From IMG/VR virus record IMGVR_UViG_2061766007_000627: a stretch of DNA of 20,000 nt. The stretch is one strand, 5' to 3'. Numbering within the stretch: position 1 is the stretch's first letter; each line of letters opens with the position of its first letter. The translations under genes were made by a program, and so were the position numbers. The stretch is from an uncultured virus (IMG/VR IMGVR_UViG_2061766007_000627) (taxonomy: Duplodnaviria; Heunggongvirae; Uroviricota; Caudoviricetes). Under the pieces are notes generated by a model. It was not told the origin of the DNA and searched no databases. It worked only from the letters and a program-made list of their open reading frames with translations. Below, one piece after another: positions 1-7,896 of the stretch.

Positions 1-1
1 C

Positions 2-241
2 AGAAAGAAAGCACAGTTTATTTTAGATGAATTTCCAGATACCATTGCATTTAGGTCTGCCTATGGTAACTATTATAAGATTGAAGGACAGTTAAGACCC
101 GATGTGAAGATACCAAGAGATGAACAAGAGTTTGATGAAGAACTTGATTTGTTAAGTACTAATGACCATTCATTTAGTAAGGGCAAAGTAGGAACTTATA
201 TCAGAAGTTGTTTTCCGAACAAGAGTAAATATGAGGTATAG
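2..241 (+). CDS. 3' end of a hypothetical protein (runs in from the window edge)
   Basis: Frame 2 is open from base 2 (RKKAQFILDEFPDTIAF...NKSKYEV) to TAG at 239-241. It is co-oriented with all downstream genes and is missing from the ORF track because it lacks a start codon. Confidence 0.7.
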   Translation, partial: RKKAQFILDEFPDTIAFRSAYGNYYKIEGQLRPDVKIPRDEQEFDEELDLLSTNDHSFSKGKVGTYIRSCFPNKSKYEV

Positions 242-243
242 AA

Positions 244-399
244 ATGGAAGTTGAAATCCCTGTCCAACAAGGGTGGTTATGTCCTCGCTGTGGTCGTATA
301 AATGCACCGTGGTTACCTGCTTGTGACTGCACACCAATGGATAAAGAAGAAGATAAGGAAAGCACGCAGAAGAAAGAGATTCTGTATAAACTTCCGTAA
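244..399 (+). CDS. small Zn-ribbon-like protein (51 aa)
   Basis: Manually translated as MEVEIPVQQGWLCPRCGRINAPWLPACDCTPMDKEEDKESTQKKEILYKLP*. Contains GWxCPxCG...CxC, with a GAGGT RBS at 233-237. Too short for the ORF track. Confidence 0.8.
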   Translation: MEVEIPVQQGWLCPRCGRINAPWLPACDCTPMDKEEDKESTQKKEILYKLP

Positions 400-423
400 A
401 CAAGTATTTTTGAATAATAAGGG

Positions 424-454
424 GCATCAGAAAGTATTTTCTGGTGCTTTTGTT
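424..454 (+). terminator. probable rho-independent terminator
   Basis: Stem GCATCAGAAA (424-433) / TTTCTGGTGC (438-447), one G-U pair, GTAT loop, followed by TTTTGTT. Lies just downstream of the Zn-ribbon gene. Confidence 0.6.
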
Positions 455-487
455 GTAATAAAAGCACAATAAAAATAAACAAACAAA

Positions 488-496
488 TGCTAAATT
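488..496 (+). promoter_or_regulatory. candidate phage late-promoter motif TGCTAAATT
   Basis: Lies in the AT-rich intergenic region before the long operon. The same 9-mer recurs at 19971-19979 in the other large intergenic region. Resembles T4-type TATAAATA late promoters. Confidence 0.4.
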
Positions 497-561
497 ATAT
501 ATATGAGATTAGTATGTCTTGACTTTAGTTTTTTGCAAAGAATTAAGGAGATGAAATATTC

Positions 562-1149
562 ATGAGTTATTTAAGAGATGCCATTTTGGAGTCGAACCAG
601 TTAGAAGATGATGTTCGGTTTCAGAAAGCAAAGAATCCGCCTACATTAAAAGGTAGGAGAAAGCGTGAGATAAAAGAGTGCGGTGATGCTCCAGCAGTAG
701 AAGTGACAGAGGGTGTTGTTAAAGATACTATCGGAGCAATCGGTGACACAGCAGAAAAGGTAAGTAAAGTATGCGATGTCATTACCGAAGAAACCGAACC
801 CCTTACAGAAGAAGCGGGATATGTAAACATTGAGGATATTGTTCCTAAAGAAGCATATGTAGAATCTTTTGGCACAAAAAAGATTGTAGAAAGTATTGAA
901 CTTCCGAACAGACCAAAGAAAGGTAAAAAGGGTTCTCCTGAATATGATGCTAATGAGGGGCGCAGAAAAAGGGTTGCTACTTATCGTAAGATAGCAAATC
1001 TTGAAGAGTCTGTAGATATTACAGAAGATAATATTATGGACTGGGCATTTAAGAGAGCTTGTATGTGGGAAGGTGTTTCTCCTGAAAGATTACGCGCCGA
1101 ATTGTTAAGACAGCCGTTTACTGGTTTAGAGAGATATGAAGAGGATTAG
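562..1149 (+). CDS. hypothetical protein, possible internal head/prohead-core protein
   Basis: 195 aa, AAGGAG RBS, multiple (I/L/V)xE(S/E/D) motifs (ILES, LTEE, IVES, LEES, ITED). Confidence 0.6.
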   Translation: MSYLRDAILESNQLEDDVRFQKAKNPPTLKGRRKREIKECGDAPAVEVTEGVVKDTIGAIGDTAEKVSKVCDVITEETEPLTEEAGYVNIEDIVPKEAYVESFGTKKIVESIELPNRPKKGKKGSPEYDANEGRRKRVATYRKIANLEESVDITEDNIMDWAFKRACMWEGVSPERLRAELLRQPFTGLERYEED

Positions 1150-1154
1150 TTTTT

Positions 1155-2333
1155 ATGAAATTTAGATTAGTAGAAGATGCAGAAGTATTAAAAGACCCCG
1201 AAGTTGAAGAAACTATAGAGGAACTTCCTGAAGAAGAACAGGATGTTGTAGAAGAAATCTTATCTGTAATTGATGATGTTACTCCTATTGATAATCCTAA
1301 TGATATTACTAGAGCATTAGATGCGGCATTACAAACCGCATTAGATGCTTTTGATGTTGGTGCTCAAACTGCTGGTGCGGCGGCTAATGTTTTATTAGTC
1401 GGAGGTGCTGGCGTTGGTAAATCTAAAATAGTTAGACAATGGGCAAAACATAGAAAAATAAATTTAGTTTCTAAAAATGCTTCTTCTTTTGATAAGGCAG
1501 ATATGGGCGGTGGTGTAGCTGCAGAGGTTGATGATACTGGCAAGAGATTAAACTCGATGACTCGTTTAACTAATAAAGAGTTTGATAGTTTAATGAAACC
1601 CGGTTCTGTATTATTCCTTGATGAGTTAAACAGAGCTGACCCTGAAGTTGTCGGTTCATTATTAACTCTTATTCTTGACCACACAGTACCCGATAACTAT
1701 AGCGAGGGTGCAGTAAAATATCTTCCTGGGTACTTATTTACTATAGCGGCAATTAACCCCGCAAAGTCTGATGCTTATAGTGGTACAAGCGAATTTGATA
1801 ATGCGTTACTCGACAGATTTTCACAAATTGCTATTTATCCTGATATTCCGCAATATCGTAAGCACTTACTAGATGAGTTAAATCATAATTTAGAGGTCTT
1901 TAAAAAGAAAGCGGAGAAGAATCCAGCAAGATACGCTAAAAAGATTACAGAAACAGAGGGGCGCATTAAGTTAGCAACTACTGTCTTATCTTCTCCATTA
2001 TTCTCGTTTGATAGTATTGAAGATGAAGAAAAAGCCTATTCTACGGAACAAGAGGGGGATAGGAAAATTCTTCAAAACAAGATTTTATCTCCGAGAGGTT
2101 TTTCTGCTTTAATTAGGGCATGTAACGGAACAAAAGAAGATTTCTTAAAGAGGTATCCAGACTTTTGCAATATCAATAAACTCGACATTATGGAGCAGAT
2201 TTTAACTTCATACAAGGATGTTGAAGATAAGGCAAACAGCGCGTTAAAGTATAAAGACGGGTTCTTACCAGATGAAGAGGAAGAAACAATCTTCAAGGAA
2301 AATGATTGGGATAAGTTAAGCGGATTACTTTAG
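1155..2333 (+). CDS. MoxR-like AAA+ ATPase (AAA_5 type)
   Basis: Walker A GGAGVGKS, Walker B LFLDELNRA, sensor I AAINP, arginine finger ALLDRF, sensor II-like SPRG. Acidic N-terminal extension beginning MKFRLVED. Confidence 0.9.
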   Translation: MKFRLVEDAEVLKDPEVEETIEELPEEEQDVVEEILSVIDDVTPIDNPNDITRALDAALQTALDAFDVGAQTAGAAANVLLVGGAGVGKSKIVRQWAKHRKINLVSKNASSFDKADMGGGVAAEVDDTGKRLNSMTRLTNKEFDSLMKPGSVLFLDELNRADPEVVGSLLTLILDHTVPDNYSEGAVKYLPGYLFTIAAINPAKSDAYSGTSEFDNALLDRFSQIAIYPDIPQYRKHLLDELNHNLEVFKKKAEKNPARYAKKITETEGRIKLATTVLSSPLFSFDSIEDEEKAYSTEQEGDRKILQNKILSPRGFSALIRACNGTKEDFLKRYPDFCNINKLDIMEQILTSYKDVEDKANSALKYKDGFLPDEEEETIFKENDWDKLSGLL

Positions 2334-2355
2334 AGAATAACTAGGAGAATATGCT

Positions 2356-3099
2356 ATGTCTATGACAAGATTAGAAAGGGGAACAAGGCGCTCGCTTGCA
2401 GAGTATTTGCGTAAGCAAGGCTATGTTACCTATGCAAGTATTCTTTTAAGTAATGATTTAAACTTCCATCGTCCACCCTATCCGTTTGTCGCTAAGATAG
2501 ATGCTGATAAAAGAATTATCTATATCAATCCAAACCTTACCGACAAAGAGTCTTTGTCTACTATAATTCGTCACGAGATTTTACATCAGTATTTAGCCCA
2601 TCAGGAAAGAGTTTTGAAGCATTGGGCACAACAGCATGGCTTGTCGTGGAAAGCACTAAAAGACATACCATTAGAAAAGCTCGTTGGTATGAACGAGCAT
2701 GACTTTGCAGAACTTGCAGATTCTCTTGGTGATGACAAACAGCAGGCATTAGATAACCGAACTATAGCACGAGGTCTTTATAGCAGAAGTTTTGCAGGTA
2801 TGCCATATCATAATGTGATTAAAGATGCTGAAATCTCTAATAGAGGATATACAGAAGCTGATAAGGAAATCGTAAAAGCATTAGAGATTGATGGTATGCC
2901 ATTTCCTGGTATTGTAACAGATACAGATTTTCCTCATTGGGCTAATATGTCTGTTGAAGAAATGATGGATGATGTAGAAGAAAGACTTGAAAAGGAAAAG
3001 AAACTCGCTGAAAAACTTAAAGGTAAAGTTTTAGGTATGCTCAATCGTGCTAACGGAACTTTTATTGATGTGACAAATGGGGTAGTTTACGGAGTATAA
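2356..3099 (+). CDS. putative Zn-metallopeptidase (HExxH; DUF2201 N-terminal-like)
   Basis: IIYINP...IIRHEILHQYLAH motif followed by HNVIKDAEIS (NxxxDxEI-like). Directly downstream of the MoxR ATPase, with an AGGAG RBS. Confidence 0.75.
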   Translation: MSMTRLERGTRRSLAEYLRKQGYVTYASILLSNDLNFHRPPYPFVAKIDADKRIIYINPNLTDKESLSTIIRHEILHQYLAHQERVLKHWAQQHGLSWKALKDIPLEKLVGMNEHDFAELADSLGDDKQQALDNRTIARGLYSRSFAGMPYHNVIKDAEISNRGYTEADKEIVKALEIDGMPFPGIVTDTDFPHWANMSVEEMMDDVEERLEKEKKLAEKLKGKVLGMLNRANGTFIDVTNGVVYGV

Positions 3100-3103
3100 G
3101 TAA

Positions 3104-3466
3104 ATGCGAATTGTTGAAGAAACTAAAATATTTGATGGTACTTTTATTGATGACCATACTTTTGTAGATGCGGATGGCAATGAGATTGAACTTCGGGTGT
3201 CAGAGTTTGATGAACCACCAGAACCACCAGAACCGCCTGAACCGCCTGAACCGCCTGAACCGCCTGAACCGCCTGAACCACCTGAACCACCTAAAGAACC
3301 ACCCAGAAAACCGCCCAAAGAACAAAAAAAGTTACCACCAGATGACACTAAGTTGTATATAGATATTTTTGAAAATAAGGCATATAAGTGGAGTAGACGG
3401 GATGGGGCATTTGTAGAAGTTGAAATGCCTAAAGATGTACAAGAGTTATTAGATGGGTTAGATTGA
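3104..3466 (+). CDS. small protein with central (EPP)9 proline-rich linker
   Basis: 120 aa, GGAG RBS. Two short beta-hairpin-like segments flank the EPP repeats. Confidence 0.75.
   Translation: MRIVEETKIFDGTFIDDHTFVDADGNEIELRVSEFDEPPEPPEPPEPPEPPEPPEPPEPPEPPKEPPRKPPKEQKKLPPDDTKLYIDIFENKAYKWSRRDGAFVEVEMPKDVQELLDGLD
3212..3292 (+). repeat. 9-bp tandem repeat GAACCRCCW x9 (encodes EPP)
   Basis: Units GAACCACCA x2, GAACCGCCT x5 and GAACCACCT x2, read directly from the sequence. Confidence 0.95.
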
Positions 3467-3467
3467 T

Positions 3468-4921
3468 ATGAAATTTAGATTATTAGAAGAAGATAAGGTA
3501 TTCATTTATCGTGATAAGAATACGGGTAAGATGTATACTTATGATGGAACAGCCTTACGAGAAATAAAAAAAGGTGGCGGTGGTGGTCGTGGCGGCAGAA
3601 AGATAGATTTGCCACCTGATGATTCTGAAAAAGATAAGCCTGAAGATGAACCTGGTCGCAAACCAGATAAGCCTGAAGAAAAACCAGATAAGCCTGAAGA
3701 ACCAAAAGAGCCCAAAGAACCAAAAGAACCTTGGGAACCAAAAGAGCCAAAAGACCCCAGAGAGCCAAAAGACCCTAGAGAGCCTAGAGAACCCAGAGAG
3801 CCTGGCGAGCCTAAAAAGAAACCAGATGGTTCAAAGAAAAAACCAAGCGAACCTACTGAACCTGGTGAACCTACTGAACCCGGCGACCCCACTGAACCTG
3901 GCGAACCTACTGAACCTGATGAGCCTACTGAACCCGGCGAACCTGTTGAACCGCCACCAGAGCCAACAGAACGGTCTGAACATGGTGAAGGGGGCAACTT
4001 TACAATAGACCAACTTGACCATATTTTAGATGAGATTGATGATTTATCTAAAGTATGGAATGACTTGACCGAGGAAGAAAAACAGTATTTAAGAGATAAG
4101 GCACACGAAACAGATAAAGCAACTCTTGAAAAAGAGCAAGAAGAACGGGAAAAGGAAATCGAAAAAGAAGTAGAAAAACTTGGTGACCTTCACCCCGGCT
4201 CTGAAGAGGCTAAATCGAAATTGGAAGAAATCGGTGACCTTTTAAATGATGATGCTGTAATGAACGACTTGCTTGATGAAACAGAAAGGGCAGTTCGTAA
4301 GAGTAGACAGGAAAGAGAGCGAGAAAGAAAAGAAGCAGAAGCCGCTACTAAAATGTTTNNNNNNNNNNNNTTCTTGATATAAATAAGTTAATTAAGTCCG
4401 AAGTTAAGAAAATTACTAAAAAGGACTGGGGAAGATTTAATAAACGAACCGAAGGTTCTGGTATCTATAAACCTGGGAAGTCTACACGAAAGAATCCTAA
4501 CGTCCCAAGACTTTTCGTTTACTATGATTATTCTGGTTCTTGGGGGTATGATGATATTGAAGTAGGTAACGCGGCAATAAGTACTTTGCGTTCTGTGTAT
4601 GAGAAAAAAGGTCTTTTGACTATTGAAACCTATTTCTTTGCTCACGACTTAGGTACGACTCCTGCTGGTGCAGGCACTCGTGAAATTGAGTGTTTTGATA
4701 AGGTTTATAATCACATAAAAGAACGAAAACCAGATAATGTTATGATTATGACAGATAGTGACGGTGACTATCGTGGTTATTTAGATATAACGAAATTAGA
4801 TATAAGAGACCCCATTTATGTTCCCGGCGGTATGTTCATCTTATTTAGAAGAGGACGAGTTTCTAAGCAGGTGGCAAGAGTATTTAGGGGTAAGAAATTG
4901 AGTAAGATATATAGATTTTAA
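3468..4921 (+). CDS. VWA (MIDAS) domain protein with long Pro/Glu/Lys-rich and coiled-coil N-terminus; one gene spanning the N-gap at 4359-4370
   Basis: After the gap the frame from 4373 reads LDINKLIK...DWGRFNKR...IYKPG...RLFVYYDYSGSWG (DxSxS at 4526-4540), then continues into ORF 4586..4921 with VMIMTDSD. This layout resembles DUF2201-type VWA proteins. The apparent stop at 4382 is probably a gap-length artefact. Confidence 0.8.
3661..3965 (+). repeat. coding tandem repeats: KPDKPEE x2, P(K/R)(E/D) tripeptides, PTEPG(E/D) hexapeptides
   Basis: Degenerate 21-, 9- and 18-bp units visible in both DNA and protein. Confidence 0.9.
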
Positions 4922-4936
4922 TAAGAGGATTTGTCT

Positions 4937-5539
4937 ATGGTAACACTTTCAACAGAAGATAAAAATTTTATAAGGAAAGAGTTGAAACCTCTTTTAACTA
5001 AAGGTGATTGGGATAAGATAAGGCGTTTGTGCGGAAAGAACTCTGGTAGATTCCATATCTTATGCTTTATGGCAGAAAATGGTATAGATGTGTTTAAAGG
5101 TTTGTCCTCTATTCCTAAAGAGTTCTTTCTAGGTGCAGAGATTATGCAAATCACCATCCCATCTCATATTCGTGGTATTGGACAGCATGCGTTTTTAAAG
5201 TCTACATTAAGTGGTATTACATTTGAAGATGGTGTAGAAACAATCGGTGATTATGCTTTCCATGGCACTCCTATCTCAAATGTGGTACTCCCCGATACGG
5301 TTGAAACGATTGGTGCGTTTGCTTTTGCTAATTGCAGAAATCTGTCTAATATATTCATTCCAGATTCTGTCACCATTTTGCCGAGGGGGTTATTTGATGG
5401 GTGTGATAAAGTAGAAGTATATTTGAACTCTCGCAAGCAGTTGCCAAAGCATCTGCAGTTACAGATTCCTCGTGGGGAGGCTGCTTGGTACAAAGAACAC
5501 GCAAAGATTAAGAGTGCAGGAGAAACAGATGGTATCTAA
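4937..5539 (+). CDS. BspA/TpLRR-type leucine-rich repeat protein (LRR_5)
   Basis: Repeats ITIPSHIRGIGQHAF, ITFEDGVETIGDYAF, VVLPDTVETIGAFAFANC, IFIPDSVTILPRGLFDGC. ATG 4937 fits the GAGGA RBS spacing better than TTG 4931. Confidence 0.9.
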   Translation: MVTLSTEDKNFIRKELKPLLTKGDWDKIRRLCGKNSGRFHILCFMAENGIDVFKGLSSIPKEFFLGAEIMQITIPSHIRGIGQHAFLKSTLSGITFEDGVETIGDYAFHGTPISNVVLPDTVETIGAFAFANCRNLSNIFIPDSVTILPRGLFDGCDKVEVYLNSRKQLPKHLQLQIPRGEAAWYKEHAKIKSAGETDGI

Positions 5540-6767
5540 AGATTATTATAGATTATTAACGGAAGGTTTAGAAAGGAAGTATGCTCCTGCTAAACTGAAT
5601 GAGGCTTGGTCAGATTCCATGCCTTCTTGGTTAAAAAAGAGATTAAGTGAAATTGGATTTACCGATAAGTTTAAAAAGTCTTCTCGCTGGGACCGTGGAC
5701 CTGCTATTGGGAAGGCATTTAAGGAACTTGAAACTTATCCAAGGTTTAAGCGTGCATATGATTCCTATATAGATAATGGTTTTACTCATGAAGATGCTGT
5801 TGCTGCTGTACTTAAAGATATGGGATTTAAGTATGAACCGCTTGATTATGTAAAGCCTCGTGGTGCTACTTATGCTGAAAAAGAAGCGGCGGGTCGTAAT
5901 ATTTTTCAACAATTTTATGATGTTCACCATATTGATTTACAGAAGGCAGAGTTTATAGAATCAGAGCCACCTAAAAGTGCAAGACACCCTGCTTTCAATG
6001 ATGGCAATATTCCTATCTGGTTCATTCATAGTACTAATCAAATCTACGCTAAAGGCATAAATGATAACGAAGTTTTGAATGGTGCTTCTGGTTCAAGTTA
6101 TGCTGGTAAAGCATTTAGATATGTTCCATTAAAAGAGTTGGCAGAATTATGTGAGGGTGATTTCTGTTATATAGACGGAACGACTATAGATAAAGATGCT
6201 ATTCCAGAGAAGAAGAGTGACCGTGCGCTTAGAAAAGATTGGGAAAAGTCTTCTCGCTGGACACGGGGTACTCCTGGTGAAACTGTCACTATGACTATGC
6301 CAGACACATATAAGGATATTACTGTAACAAGAGATAAGTCTGGATATTTTGTAATTCCTAGTGCTGCCAAATATGCGAAGATTTTAGAAAAGTCTAGGGC
6401 AAAAAATTATGCAACTACTTTATCTAAAGTTGAAGCAGAATTAAGACGCTATTATGCTCTTTTAATTAATGCGCCTAGATTAAGCACTTGGGATAATCCT
6501 GATTTTGCACAGGGATTTCAAACGCAGTATAAGAACGCATTAGATTCTTATAAGGCACTATTACAGACCATTGATAGGATAGTTTCTGCATATGGTGAGG
6601 ATTCAGAAGAATTTATTGAATATTTGACTTCTGACTATGATTGGTCAAAGCACTTTGGTGATATTTATGCTAATCCATTTAAAAGGCAGATGAGAATATT
6701 GCGCAGTAAGTTGCGTGATGTAGAGCAGTCTGCTTCTGATTATGATTTTGTTCCATTAGATATATAG
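5529..6767 (+). CDS. hypothetical protein (~412 aa), possible virion-internal protein
   Basis: Likely start ATG 5529 (AGGAG at 5518-5522). The N-terminus has LLTEG and KLNEA motifs. No recognised domain. Confidence 0.7.
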   Translation: MVSKDYYRLLTEGLERKYAPAKLNEAWSDSMPSWLKKRLSEIGFTDKFKKSSRWDRGPAIGKAFKELETYPRFKRAYDSYIDNGFTHEDAVAAVLKDMGFKYEPLDYVKPRGATYAEKEAAGRNIFQQFYDVHHIDLQKAEFIESEPPKSARHPAFNDGNIPIWFIHSTNQIYAKGINDNEVLNGASGSSYAGKAFRYVPLKELAELCEGDFCYIDGTTIDKDAIPEKKSDRALRKDWEKSSRWTRGTPGETVTMTMPDTYKDITVTRDKSGYFVIPSAAKYAKILEKSRAKNYATTLSKVEAELRRYYALLINAPRLSTWDNPDFAQGFQTQYKNALDSYKALLQTIDRIVSAYGEDSEEFIEYLTSDYDWSKHFGDIYANPFKRQMRILRSKLRDVEQSASDYDFVPLDI

Positions 6768-6787
6768 AAAAATATAAGGAGAGATAA

Positions 6788-7078
6788 ATGAAGGTATTTG
6801 AACAAAGACAAGACGATGGTTCCAGAAAACTTATGGGAACTATGACTGACATTGAAGATGCAGTCGAAGTTACTTTAAAGACAAAAGATGGAACTGAATC
6901 CAAGTTTGATTTTGCTGGACAATATCACTATGTAGCGCCTGGTTCATTTGCAGTTAATGGAACTGACGATGCTCTTGGTATGTATATTGGTGAAGTAAGA
7001 GTAGTTCCGCCACTCAATGTTGATTTTGAGGACAGCGAAGATTCGGAATCTGGTGAAGAGTCACAAGGACAAAAATAG
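6788..7078 (+). CDS. hypothetical protein (96 aa, acidic tail)
   Basis: AAGGAG RBS, tightly packed in the operon. Confidence 0.7.
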   Translation: MKVFEQRQDDGSRKLMGTMTDIEDAVEVTLKTKDGTESKFDFAGQYHYVAPGSFAVNGTDDALGMYIGEVRVVPPLNVDFEDSEDSESGEESQGQK

Positions 7079-7090
7079 TAGGTTATATAA

Positions 7091-7822
7091 ATGGTTTTAG
7101 CAGATTACAGAGAAGAAATAAAATTAAAGTTGACGGGCGACCTATTAGAATCAGAACTTGATGAGGATACCCTTAACAAAATAATCAAATCTGCTTTACG
7201 AGAGTTGCAGAGATATATAACAAGTACGAGGTTGATTACAATCCCGTATAAGCGTTGTATTGATTTGTCAAATCCTGAAGATACTAACGGAGAAGAAATC
7301 AGCGTTAACTCTGTTGTTATGATTTATAGGACAGAAGATTTAACGGGGGTTTCTTCTTCGGCAAGTATTACTGACCCAATGCAGGTAGCGGCATGGCAGT
7401 TAGTTAGCGGAATGGGAAGTTTAGTGAACTTTCAAGATGCTGTCTGGAACTATGGTGCGTGGTCAACATTAGGTCAAATAAGAAATACTGTATCAACAGA
7501 TTTGGCATTTAGATATGATAAGGCAACTGATAAGTTGTATATCAATGTATCTTCAGGAACTCCTGCAACTATTACTGTTGAGTATATTCCAAAGATTGAA
7601 GATGTATCTGAAATCACTTCTGATTACTGGATTGATATGTTAATGAGATTATCTATTGCACTTACAAAAGTAACGCTCGGTAGAATAAGAACTCGTTATA
7701 CTCAATCTAATGCTTTATGGACGCAAGATGGTGATACTATTCTTGCAGAGGGCAGAGAAGAATTGACTAGTCTGCGTGAAGCATTGCTTACTAATTCAGA
7801 GTTGTGCTATCCGATAGACTAA
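7091..7822 (+). CDS. neck/head-tail adaptor protein (T4 gp13-like)
   Basis: N-terminal IKLKL...ELDEDTLNKII..AL and C-terminal W...ALTKVTLGRIR...DGDTILAEGREEL..L resemble the gp13 family pattern. Lies upstream of the tail genes. Confidence 0.7.
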   Translation: MVLADYREEIKLKLTGDLLESELDEDTLNKIIKSALRELQRYITSTRLITIPYKRCIDLSNPEDTNGEEISVNSVVMIYRTEDLTGVSSSASITDPMQVAAWQLVSGMGSLVNFQDAVWNYGAWSTLGQIRNTVSTDLAFRYDKATDKLYINVSSGTPATITVEYIPKIEDVSEITSDYWIDMLMRLSIALTKVTLGRIRTRYTQSNALWTQDGDTILAEGREELTSLREALLTNSELCYPID

Positions 7823-7896
7823 CCATGATAAAATTTTGTTTGTTATTAGTTATAATAATTGTTGTTTTAGTTAGCGACAATGACAAGGAGATATAA

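Noticed and set aside
3212..3965. Possible CRISPR array
   Set aside because: These are short in-frame coding tandem repeats with no unique spacers, and there are no cas genes.
4359..4382. Frameshift/pseudogene or programmed frameshift in the VWA gene
   Set aside because: The frame change coincides with a scaffold N-gap of estimated length.
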